Source: Kordiimonadaceae bacterium
GTDB lineage: Bacteria; Pseudomonadota; Alphaproteobacteria; Sphingomonadales; Kordiimonadaceae
DNA: 60,152 bases
Direction of reading: 5' to 3'
Assembly: GCA_016765035.1 (NCBI GenBank)
Contig: JAESQS010000026.1
Location: forward strand, 1-60,152
The notes beneath the pieces are model-generated. The model did no database searches. It worked only from the letters and a program-made list of their open reading frames with translations, and had not been told where the DNA came from. The position numbers and the translations under genes are program-made. Positions 1 to 8,791 of this stretch are shown one piece after another; the stretch's first letter is position 1, and each line of letters opens with the position of its first letter.

Positions 1-1
1 G

Positions 2-154
2 TCAGGTAAGGCGTGGAAGGCATTGAACGACTTGCCACCAGATGAATGGTCTTGCTGTTTAGAAGAAGGCTCTAAGTGGGCTTTGGAGGTGGCTAAATCC
101 TCTGGCTTTGAAATGGTCAACTGTCCCCCAACAACTGACGAGGTGAGCCAATGA
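2..154 (+). CDS. Partial hypothetical phage protein (3' end)
   Basis: Open frame from the window edge (SGKAWKALNDLPPDEW...) ending in a TGA that overlaps the next ATG (ATGA at 151-154). Confidence 0.55.
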   Translation, partial: SGKAWKALNDLPPDEWSCCLEEGSKWALEVAKSSGFEMVNCPPTTDEVSQ

Positions 155-342
155 GCCATGTTGCCACATTAAAGGTGCTGGCTGATCGTATCCGCAAGTG
201 TGACGAGCTTAATTCTATGGATGCCCTAGAGGTGGAAAGCGCCGCAGATCACATCTTTAAGATCGAGAAGAAAAACGCATACCTGAAGGCGGAAATAATC
301 AACGCCAACAAACGCCCCGTTACTTACGAGGTGACAAAATGA
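151..342 (+). CDS. Hypothetical phage protein
   Basis: 63 aa ORF with GAGGTG RBS, translationally coupled at both ends (ATGA). Confidence 0.65.
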   Translation: MSHVATLKVLADRIRKCDELNSMDALEVESAADHIFKIEKKNAYLKAEIINANKRPVTYEVTK

Positions 343-923
343 ACAACGGCTGCAAACTAGCAAACGATTTGGCGGTTTTGGCCGTTGGAGATTTAAGGGG
401 CATCCACTTAGATGAAACGCCAGAGCAGTACGGGCAAATGGTCGCTCGATACACGCTCAATTTCTACGCTGGCAGGTACGTGGAAGAACTGACCACCAAA
501 CGTTACCCCCTTAATAACAGATACTACACCTTAAAAAGGAGGCTAATTATGCCTAAAATTACGTCCGAAAAAGAGACTAACCCAGCCGCAAATCAAACCC
601 CAGACCCGATTGATGTCGAAGTTGGCTGCGCGATGCGGCTGCGCAGGAGAGAGCTTCACATAACCCAAGATGAACTTGCAAAAGCTATCGGAATTACATT
701 CCAGCAGGTACAAAAATACGAAAAGGCCGCAAATAGAATTAGTGCTAGCCGACTATTCAAAGTAGCGAAGGCGCTAAAAGTAGACGTGATGTATTTTTTC
801 CCAGAGCTTCCGACCCCAGATTTAGATTTAGATTTAGATCAAGCCGGCCATTTGGCCTGCGCTAAAACTAATATGATGATCGCCTTAGTTCACGTCGAGA
901 AAGCGGAAAGCGCCACATTATGA
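339..923 (+). CDS. XRE-family HTH regulator (PraR/PhrR-like); possible internal start at 549
   Basis: Motif ITQDELAKAIGITFQQVQKYEKAANRISASRLFKVA; strong AGGAGG RBS just before ATG 549. Confidence 0.85.
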   Translation: MNNGCKLANDLAVLAVGDLRGIHLDETPEQYGQMVARYTLNFYAGRYVEELTTKRYPLNNRYYTLKRRLIMPKITSEKETNPAANQTPDPIDVEVGCAMRLRRRELHITQDELAKAIGITFQQVQKYEKAANRISASRLFKVAKALKVDVMYFFPELPTPDLDLDLDQAGHLACAKTNMMIALVHVEKAESATL

Positions 924-933
924 GGCGTTTTCA

Positions 934-1239
934 ATGACCCGATCACAGTCATCAATTTACCAGACTGAGTTGTCAATGACACCACTGGCGTCTGTTCAAT
1001 GTGATGCTGGCACTCCTGCTGTGCATTTCGAGCGTTGTAGCAATTGCGTGCGTGCGTTCGATAGCGATTTTCCATGCAGCTTCATTAAAAAGCCGCGAAG
1101 CGACAAAGCCTCTTACGCGATAGGTCAATTGCATGGGTACAGGATGGGCTTACAAGAGACAGCCCGTAAAAATGCGGGGTTGGCCGGTCCTCATGCCAGT
1201 CAGCGCATATCGCGCGCTCCCTCCTGTCGTTCATTGTAG
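934..1239 (+). CDS. Hypothetical phage protein (Cys-containing)
   Basis: 101 aa ORF filling the gap in the co-directional phage gene run; CxxC present. Confidence 0.4.
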   Translation: MTRSQSSIYQTELSMTPLASVQCDAGTPAVHFERCSNCVRAFDSDFPCSFIKKPRSDKASYAIGQLHGYRMGLQETARKNAGLAGPHASQRISRAPSCRSL

Positions 1240-1251
1240 GCAAGAAGAATT

Positions 1252-1575
1252 ATGATTTCTAAATTTTTTACCCAAGACGCGAAGTTTCGTTCAATGACGA
1301 ATATTGAGCTGATGAACCACGCCCGGACTTGTTCAGACGATGAAGCGCCGCCGATTTTACGCATCTTATCTGACCAGCACCGTTTGATTGACGTAGAGCT
1401 TGCTGAAGCCGAAGAGCGCTTTCATGATTTGGCGAATGACATGGCTGATATTGAACACGCGTTGGAGGAATTACAGGAAGAGCTTGATTGTGAGAAGGTC
1501 AAAAACACTGAATTAATCGAACTTCTCAGGCCAATTGTTAAAGAAGAGGTGGAAAATGTCCTTAGCGCTAAGTGA
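1252..1575 (+). CDS. Hypothetical coiled-coil phage protein
   Basis: 107 aa, acidic heptad-rich C-terminal half. Confidence 0.7.
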   Translation: MISKFFTQDAKFRSMTNIELMNHARTCSDDEAPPILRILSDQHRLIDVELAEAEERFHDLANDMADIEHALEELQEELDCEKVKNTELIELLRPIVKEEVENVLSAK

Positions 1576-1852
1576 GACACCACGCCCTCTAAATGTGCCT
1601 GCGGTAGCAGCGCGATGGGGCTGTACTCCAAAGCATGTTTACAACTTGCTTAATGAAGAAAAATTAACAGGGTTTCGCATAGGCCGCTTGTGGCGGGTGC
1701 CTGTATCAGCGGTAGAGGACTTCGAATGTCAGACACAAGCAATGCAAGACTTATCAACCACCGAGGAAAGTGGAGCGTCTACCTCAATGGAAAGCGCTAC
1801 TCGCTCGGCATCGACTTCGATCCGAGCACAGAATATGAAGCAAAGCGCTTAA
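1556..1852 (+). CDS. xis: Excisionase / HTH_17 DNA-binding protein
   Basis: LNVPAVAARWGCTPKHVYNLLNEEKLTGFRIGRLWRVPVSAVEDF winged-helix Xis pattern, immediately upstream of and overlapping the integrase; ATG 1556 follows GAGGTGG. Confidence 0.85.
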   Translation: MSLALSETPRPLNVPAVAARWGCTPKHVYNLLNEEKLTGFRIGRLWRVPVSAVEDFECQTQAMQDLSTTEESGASTSMESATRSASTSIRAQNMKQSA

Positions 1853-2724
1853 AGGCAATTTGGTTATTAAACCTCGCGGCACCAGTTGATAACAATATTA
1901 ACACCCTGATTACCGCATACATAGATGATCTGAGGGATGAGAAGCGCGATTACAAAAGGCCGAGCTATGCATGGAAGAATTTAAAGAATACTTTCGCGCA
2001 CTTAACGCCGGACATCATCGACAAAAAAACGCAAAGGGCTTACATCGAACAGCGGCGTGACGTTGAAGGATGTGCTCAAGATACTATCAGGACTGAAATG
2101 TCCGTATTGCGCCGCACGATAAATTGGGCGGTAAAAGAAAAGCTGATTACTGAGGCTGATAAGTCTCATATTATCGTGCCAAAGGCGGGAGCGCCAAGGG
2201 AAAAATATTTAACTCGCGAGCAATTTAGAGTTTTCTTGGCAGGGGCAAAATCACCTCATGTAGAGCTATTCATCGTGATAGCCATGACTTCCGCTGCGAG
2301 AAAGCAGGCCATTCTACAATTGCAGTGGGCTAATGTTAAATTTAATGAGCGACAAATAGACTTCAGGGACGCTGACCAGTCCGCGCATCGGAAGGGTCGG
2401 GCGATTGTTCCGATGAATGATCTTGTTTTTAATGCACTAATGGAAGCATACGCGGCTCGCCAAGGCGACTATGTGATAGAATATGCGGGTGGGCCTGTTG
2501 GAAATATTCGCCATTCATTAGAGCGGATTTCTAAGGCAACAGGCGTACACGCTTCAGCCCATATTTTCAGGCATAGCGCAGCGGTTTGGATGGCGCAGGA
2601 TAATAAGCCCATTCAGATGATTGCGGAATATCTAGGTCACTCTGATATTTCGATCACGTACAAGTATTACGCTCGATATATGCCGGATCACCTACAAGAT
2701 GCGGCGGACGTTCTGACATGGTAA
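1726..2724 (+). CDS. int: Tyrosine recombinase / phage integrase
   Basis: SAARKQAILQLQW (catalytic R), HIFRHSAAVWM (H-x-x-R), LGHSDISITYKYYA (H and catalytic Y); ATG 1726 follows GAGGA. Confidence 0.95.
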   Translation: MSDTSNARLINHRGKWSVYLNGKRYSLGIDFDPSTEYEAKRLKAIWLLNLAAPVDNNINTLITAYIDDLRDEKRDYKRPSYAWKNLKNTFAHLTPDIIDKKTQRAYIEQRRDVEGCAQDTIRTEMSVLRRTINWAVKEKLITEADKSHIIVPKAGAPREKYLTREQFRVFLAGAKSPHVELFIVIAMTSAARKQAILQLQWANVKFNERQIDFRDADQSAHRKGRAIVPMNDLVFNALMEAYAARQGDYVIEYAGGPVGNIRHSLERISKATGVHASAHIFRHSAAVWMAQDNKPIQMIAEYLGHSDISITYKYYARYMPDHLQDAADVLTW

Positions 2725-2744
2725 GCCGAGCTAGGCACCGCTCA

Positions 2745-2762
2745 CTTGTTCAATTGAACAAG
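2745..2762. repeat. Perfect 18-bp palindrome CTTGTTCAATTGAACAAG (candidate att arm site)
   Basis: Seen directly; its GTTCAATTGAAC core recurs at 2947-2958. Confidence 0.7.
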
Positions 2763-2857
2763 CCAACAGGGAAAAGGGGGGATAATAGCACTATCTACAA
2801 GTAAGGAGCAGCAACGAGTTTCCAATTAAAACAATAGCATACGCTGGGGAACGCAGT

Positions 2858-2903
2858 CCTCCGAAGGCAGAGGTCTAGCGTTCGAATCGCGACGGGTGCA
2901 CCA
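2858..2903 (+). repeat. att site: 3' half of tRNA-Arg(CCG), not a complete tRNA
   Basis: CCT-CCG-AAGGCAGAGGTC...GTTCGAATC...GGGTGCACCA gives anticodon loop, T-loop, acceptor 3' strand and CCA; no D-arm or 5' acceptor strand upstream. Confidence 0.9.
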
Positions 2904-2944
2904 TTACTTTCAATGACTTAGATGTACTTTGGGGCATAGGCGGG

Positions 2945-2960
2945 TGGTTCAATTGAACCA
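2945..2960. repeat. Perfect 16-bp palindrome TGGTTCAATTGAACCA (candidate att arm site)
   Basis: Seen directly; same core as 2745-2762. Confidence 0.7.
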
Positions 2961-3016
2961 AAGCTGCCCGATATTCCTTATTTGTTCTCCATTTTTTAAC
3001 TTAAACGGAGGGCATT

Positions 3017-3466
3017 ATGCCAATTCAATCAATCGCGCTTTCACAGATCAAAGAAGGCGAAAATATTTGGTCATTCGATACAGAGGCCGAGGACTTCAAA
3101 ACACTTGTCGCAAACATCAAGCAAGTAGGGTTAATCCATCCACCCACTGTTAAGAAGGACGGGGATACGTTTGTCCTTGTTGCTGGCTATCGCCGCTTTG
3201 CCGCCATGAAAAAACTTAACATTGAAGATGCAGATTTTTTAGTGCTGGCGGATAATGATAATGCTGCGGTCGTCGCCCTGTCGGAAAACGTCGTTCGTAA
3301 GCCAATGGATCAATGGGAACAATACGCCGCCTTTTCGGCCCTGGCTAAAACAACAGCGCCGGAAGATATTGACAATTCCGGCGTCTATCAGATTGCAGAG
3401 CTTACCCAAGAGCAGCAAGTGGAATGGATCGTTCTCTCGCAGAGCGCACGACCTTTGAAGAAGTGA
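3017..3466 (+). pseudogene. Truncated ParB/Srx N-terminal domain protein
   Basis: LVANIKQVGLIHPPTV, LVAGYRRFAAM and ALSENVVR ParB-N motifs; the ORF ends at 149 aa, running into integrase-like debris. Confidence 0.75.
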
Positions 3467-3778
3467 TCGAGCGCTTTCTGCGGGAGTAAACCGCGATTGT
3501 TGCCAGGGCAATGGCAATGCTCAAGGTTAGTTTTGATGATTACCGTGACAGGCGATTGGAGTAGATTGAGTGGCGTCGCAGTTACCGAGATACGATCCGT
3601 ATAAGTTTGGATAAATATATCCTGCCGTATTTTGGCGCAAAGCATCTGACTATAATAGCCAGGCCAGATATACTCAATTTCCGCCTATACCTTAGTAAGC
3701 AGCCCGGCAAGGGTGGCGTCGCGCATCAACCATGTGATGACACCGCTCAGGATGATTTTAAATGAGGCTGCTGACTGA
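3424..3778 (+). pseudogene. Fragments of tyrosine integrase N-terminal domains
   Basis: 3424-3489 reads MDRSLAERTTFEEVIERFLRE*; 3565-3778 reads IEWRRSYRDTIRISLDKYILPYFGAKHL...DILNFR and, after a frameshift, SRINHVMTPLRMILNEAAD*. Confidence 0.65.
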
Positions 3779-3906
3779 TGTGCACTTGAAAATCCTATGC
3801 AGTGTCATCAATTGACCTGAAACGGGTTATTATTCTATTAAACTCGTAAACCCAAGTGGCATCATTCCCGAAGGTATGGATATGTTCGGGTCAGGAGTAT
3901 CAATAT

Positions 3907-4692
3907 ATGCAACCAGCCCTTTTTCTCTCGCACGGTGCGCCGGACTTGGCTCTTGTCGACATCCCTGCCGCGCGCTTCCTGCGAACATTGTTTCATAAGG
4001 CTAATCGCCCCGCTGCAATTGTAATTCTTTCCGCCCATTGGGAGGAGGTCGAAGTGGAGATTACAACATCGCCCCTTCTGCCAACTATCCACGACTTTGG
4101 CGGATTCCCCCAAGCGTTATATGACCTACAGTATCCGGCAAAGACGGAACCGTGGCTTATAGAGGCTGTAGGCAACGCCCTTGGGGAAAAGGGTATTCAA
4201 GTTTCCCAAAACCCAAATCGAGGATTAGATCACGGGGCGTGGGTGCCTCTTTTACTTGCTGTACCAAAGGCAGATATTCCAGTTGTACAGGTTTCACTTC
4301 CGTATGCCTCTAGCACGCAGGATTATTTTGAATTTGGCCGATCCCTCTCGGCTCTATCCGCTCAAAACATCCTTATTATAGGGTCAGGTGCGTCAGTTCA
4401 TAATCTGCGCTCGATCAAGCGTGAAGGAACGCCACCACCAGAGTGGGCGATCGAATTCACTGATTGGGTTGAAACGACGCTGTTAAACCAAAACTGGGCT
4501 GAGTTGTTTAAATTTGATCAAACCTCGGTTGGGAAAATGTCGCATCCCACACCGGAGCATTTCCTGCCGCTGATAGTAGCAGCAGGTGCTGGGGACGGGG
4601 CGGGACAGAAAATGCACATTCGAAAATTGCATGACAGTTACAGCTATGGCTCAATTGGCATGTCCGCGTGGGAGTTTACCAATGAAGCATGA
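3907..4692 (+). CDS. LigB-family extradiol dioxygenase (DODA/YgiD-like)
   Basis: FLSHGAP, SAHW, HDFGGFP, LDHGAWVPL, SGASVHNL and HPTPEHFLPL motifs; CAGGAG RBS before ATG 3907. Confidence 0.92.
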   Translation: MQPALFLSHGAPDLALVDIPAARFLRTLFHKANRPAAIVILSAHWEEVEVEITTSPLLPTIHDFGGFPQALYDLQYPAKTEPWLIEAVGNALGEKGIQVSQNPNRGLDHGAWVPLLLAVPKADIPVVQVSLPYASSTQDYFEFGRSLSALSAQNILIIGSGASVHNLRSIKREGTPPPEWAIEFTDWVETTLLNQNWAELFKFDQTSVGKMSHPTPEHFLPLIVAAGAGDGAGQKMHIRKLHDSYSYGSIGMSAWEFTNEA

Positions 4693-4931
4693 GTTGGCTG
4701 AAAATCTGGCTTGAGGCACTTTGAATGCGCCTATTTTGTAATTCAACCAATGACGGGACTTGCTTCATTGAAATTACGTTTCTCAGTGGGCATCAGTTCA
4801 CTCTTAATTCTAGGGTGGTGATAACAGGGTACTCTCCACTTTACTGACGCAATTCCAGTATGCCAGCTGATGATATTTTAGCGATGAGGCTCAGTTTACA
4901 AAAAGAAGAGGCAGCAGGTGGCGCGCTATAC

Positions 4932-5561
4932 TTAGGGGGTTTCGATTAAAGCCAGAATATGTGCTCTTATGCGGGTTTCTATGCCGCGCATATATGTGCG
5001 GTCAGGCCGATTGTGACCACGAAAAAGGGACAACCCTTCGAGCAAAGAGACAGCCAAAACACCTGTTTTTAAAGCTGTGGCCTTACTGAGGGCTGGGTTA
5101 ATCTCAACAAATAAATCGCTTAAGCCGTCTAGGTAGGCATCATAAAATTCGTTCATCACGGCCTGAACTTCTGGCTCGTGAGAGGACAAAGCCCATAACT
5201 CCCAAAAAAGGGCACAACTGCGTCGGTTTTTTTGGTCTTTCAATATATAGTCGACGGCAAAAATAAGCCGCTGTTTGGCTGTAGATTTACGACCAGTTAC
5301 CCGGTTGGCCATGCTGGTTTGGTATCGGGACATTTCGGCCTCTAGCATGGCGACAAGCAACGCTTGTTTGCTAGGAAAATAATATTGTAAATTGCCGTGC
5401 TTCATATTGGCTTTTGCAGCAATTTTACGCATTGTAAATTCGCCGTAGCCTTCATTCACTAAAATGCCAGCTGCCACTTCCAGTATCTCATTCACGCGGA
5501 CTTTGCCTTTGGTGTTTGTGGCAGTGCCGGGGCGTGCGCCCGCAGTGTTTTTTACTGTCAT
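4932..5561 (-). CDS. TetR/AcrR family regulator
   Basis: ILEVAAGILVNEGYGEFTMRKIAAKANMKHGNLQYYFPSKQALL HTH. Confidence 0.93.
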   Translation of the reverse strand: MTVKNTAGARPGTATNTKGKVRVNEILEVAAGILVNEGYGEFTMRKIAAKANMKHGNLQYYFPSKQALLVAMLEAEMSRYQTSMANRVTGRKSTAKQRLIFAVDYILKDQKNRRSCALFWELWALSSHEPEVQAVMNEFYDAYLDGLSDLFVEINPALSKATALKTGVLAVSLLEGLSLFRGHNRPDRTYMRGIETRIRAHILALIETP

Positions 5562-5665
5562 TAGGTACCTTTATATCGTGTATTAGCCCTCGTTTAATTT
5601 TATAGAAAAATATGAGGGCCTCGTCCATCTTGCAGTGAAAGTTACTGAAGATTAGGTGTTAAAAG

Positions 5666-5705
5666 TGAGCGTTTCCTATCCCCCGTGGGGGAGAGGAAAC
5701 GCTCA
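5666..5705 (-). terminator. Intrinsic terminator after the TonB receptor gene
   Basis: TGAGCGTTTCCT...AGGAAACGCTCA hairpin followed by a T-run on the minus strand. Confidence 0.7.
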
Positions 5706-5726
5706 GTGAGTAAATGTCACTTATGC

Positions 5727-7898
5727 TTAAAAGTGGTAACTAAGCGATAAACCATATTGGCGTGGCGCCCCAATTTGGGCAAAAGCTAAATCGAAGTCCA
5801 ACAAGTCAATCACATGGCCATTGTATGTTTTATTGGCAAGGTTTTTACCATAAGCCGCAATGGACCAGCCACTTTCATGCTCAAAGGCCATCCGAAGGTT
5901 TACCAAGCCAAATCCATCTTGGGACAGAATATCAATTTGTTTGGGCGAGAAGTAAATCTTGCTGGTGTAATTGTAATCAGCCCTGAAAATAAACGTGCCA
6001 TCTAGTGTTGGTACTTCACGGGCATAATCAAGGGCAGCACTAAAGCTGTGCTTAGGCGCACGGGTTAATCTGTTGCCAGAAAAGTCAGCGAAGTCTTTAT
6101 ATTTTGTATCCAAAAAGCCGTACGTAACTTCTAGTTGGAGTTCAGGTGTTACACGCGCGGTTAATGCCATTTCGCCGCCATAGACTTCCGCTTTCGCCGC
6201 ATTTCTGATTTGTGGTACTTCGATGCCGCCCGAAGAAACAACTGTGCGCACCTGCAAGTTATTATAATCATAGAAAAAGGCGCTTACATTCAGCTGCATC
6301 CGGCCTTCAAGGAGGGTAGATTTAAGCCCTGTTTCGTAGGAAGTGATTGTTTCAGGGTCAAACGCTACTTGGGCTGTTGCTGTATCAAATGGAAAGTTGT
6401 TGAACCCACCACTTTTGAAACCCATGGTAATGCCAGCATAGATAAGTGTGTTATCGGTAACTTGATAATCCAACACAAATTTGGGAGATAATTCACTAAA
6501 GCTGTCGGTTGCCGTTGTGCTAGGAATACCAACGGATTCAAACCCGACAAGTGCAACAGAACCTGCAGGGTTAAAGCGCTCCACAGTAAATTCTTTTTCT
6601 TCATGCGTGTAACGAAGCCCAGCGGTTGCTTTTTATTTATCGCTCAAGCGGTAAGAAGCTTCCCCGAAGGCAGCATAACTGTTGGTGAGAGTATCCGAAT
6701 TGGTAACTTCATCAGGAAATCCAACATATAATTCCCCTAAGTCAATTAAATCAAAGGCTTCGCCTGTGTCATGCAGGTAAAATAAGCCTGCAATCCATTG
6801 AAGCGGACTGTCTGTGTTGGATGCCGCCCGAAGTTCTTGCGTGAACTGCTTGGTATCTTGTGTGGTCTCCAACCCAACCAACGGCAGCGGTGTGCTGTCG
6901 TAGTCTTCGGTATACTCAAGGTCCATCGTCCGGTATCCGGTTATGGATGTGTAGATAACCGCGTCTGTATCAAGCGTCACTTTGGCGGAAAGGCCAAGAA
7001 TGTTACGGTCTGTTTTGGCGTCAGGTAAATCGTAGGCACCTTCAAACCTGTCGGGGCTTTCTGCTGGCGCAAAGCCAAAGAATGACCCAAAAACCACTTC
7101 TTTATAACTGCTGGTGGTACGGTCACGGCTGTAATCCATACTCACGATAGCGTCGAGCATATCAGTAGGTGTGAAGCGAAGTTGCCCGCGTAAGCTGAGG
7201 CTATCTTCATCATTTACTTTGTTGCCGCTTATTGAATCTGTTGTCCAGCCATCGCGCTTTTTCAGGCTAACCGAAACTTTACCATATAGACGGTCTTCTA
7301 TAAACGGCGCGCTTACAAAGCCTTGGAGCTGTAGCGCATCATAGTTGCCATATGTCGCTTTGAAGGCACCAGTGGTTTCATTGTCGGGCTTGCGGGTAAT
7401 AATATTGATAGCACCGCCATTGGTGTTACGGCCATAAAGCGTGCCTTGTGGGCCTTTCAGGACTTCCAGACGCTCTAGATCAAAAAGGTCAAATAGGGCT
7501 GATGAAGCGCGCCCCACATATATGTCGTCAAGATACACACCAACAGCGCCTTCGGCGGTGATGCCATCGTCGTTTGAGCCTATGCCTCGGATAAAAATTT
7601 GTGGGGATAATGTACTGTAGGAAGAAAGATAAAGCCCCGGCGTCAGGCCAGCAATATCAGTTAATTCTGTAACTGATGTTTTTTCCAGCATGTCGCCGGA
7701 AAAGGCCGTAACAGCAATTGGGACTTTGTTGAGCGATTCTTCCCGTCGCTGAGCCGTCACAATGACTTCTTCTAAGGCCCATGTATCGTCCGGCGAAGCT
7801 TCTTGCGCTTGGACGGATAGTCCCAGTGCGCCTGCCGTTAAAATCGTGCTCCCAAGGTAAAAATTTAGCCCTGTAACACGTGCTGATAGTCCTCCCAT
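5727..7898 (-). pseudogene. TonB-dependent receptor interrupted by one in-frame TAA (6633-6635)
   Basis: EEVIVTAQRR TonB box, LEVLKGPQGTLYGRN plug motif, C-terminal YHF; the frame continues through the stop as SDK*KATAGLRYTHE. Confidence 0.88.
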
Positions 7899-7995
7899 TT
7901 CATCTCTCCCGTTTTGATTTTAGGTTCTTTCGTTATTGGAATCATTCTTTTATTTATGGATTAACGGTATGACCAAGACATGAAACTGTCAATAT

Positions 7996-8165
7996 TTTAG
8001 TACAAACGGCCTAAATACTAAAGTTCATAAAAATATTTATATAAATATAATTATCAGTAACATATTGAAATATATTAAAAATAACTAAAATACTGGCATT
8101 GTTAAATATTGAAGAGGCTTGACATTTTATTTAAATATATAAACTTTATATGCATACGGCCTAAA
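7996..8165. promoter_or_regulatory. Divergent promoter region with two related operator-like sites
   Basis: TTTAGTACAAACGGCCTAAA (7996-8015) and TTATATGCATACGGCCTAAA (8146-8165); TTGACA at 8119-8124; very AT-rich. Confidence 0.45.
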
Positions 8166-8182
8166 ATAAAGGAGGCGATAAA

Positions 8183-8791
8183 ATGCAAAAACGGTTTTCA
8201 ATAATGTCTCGAAGAGGTTTTTTGCTTGGAACGACAGCGACCCTAGTTGGAGCAGGGCTTGGGCTTGCGGCCTTTGTTGGTAGTGATGCGGAATACCGAG
8301 AACAAATTAAGGGGGAGCGGCCAGAAACTCTGAGCGTAAGAGAGTTTGCGATTTTGGAAAAATTCGCAGAAACGATCGTTGTCCCTAATGGCGCCAATGT
8401 TCCCTCAACACGAACAGCGCGTGTTGCGCGGCGTATCGACAGGGAATTGGTGTTTCACGCAGGTAAGCTTAAATCAGATATACAGCAATCACTTTTGTAT
8501 CTGGAATATAGCCCGCCGAGTAAAGGCGCTTTCTCCCGCTTTACCAGTATGAACGAAAGCCAACGCATCACATATATTGAGGCTCTCAGAAACTCAACTG
8601 ATGTAACGGAACGGCAAATATATGCTGGCCTGCGCTTCATGTGCATTTTCTTTTATTATACGGATGAACGGGTATGGCCTTCCATTGGCTATGACGGACC
8701 TTTTGTGGACGCCAAGCCTTTTGCGGCAGGGAATAGCTTACAAAACCTGCCCCCTCTAGAACCCCAGCGTAACGCGGAGCAAGCCGGATGA
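8183..8791 (+). CDS. Gluconate 2-dehydrogenase subunit 3-like protein with Tat signal
   Basis: SRRGFLLG twin-arginine motif; C-terminal FFYY...WPSIGYDGP motif; coupled to the GMC gene. Confidence 0.8.
   Translation: MQKRFSIMSRRGFLLGTTATLVGAGLGLAAFVGSDAEYREQIKGERPETLSVREFAILEKFAETIVVPNGANVPSTRTARVARRIDRELVFHAGKLKSDIQQSLLYLEYSPPSKGAFSRFTSMNESQRITYIEALRNSTDVTERQIYAGLRFMCIFFYYTDERVWPSIGYDGPFVDAKPFAAGNSLQNLPPLEPQRNAEQAG

Larger units (their letters stand above)
1..2903 (+). mobile_element. Right end of a prophage/integrative element inserted at tRNA-Arg(CCG)
   Basis: Co-directional, tightly packed small phage-like ORFs with ATGA overlaps, an XRE HTH, xis-int, then a tRNA 3' fragment (att). Confidence 0.85.

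Noticed and set aside
2830-2903. Complete tRNA-Arg gene
   Set aside because: No 5' acceptor strand or D-arm upstream of the anticodon loop; it is an att fragment.
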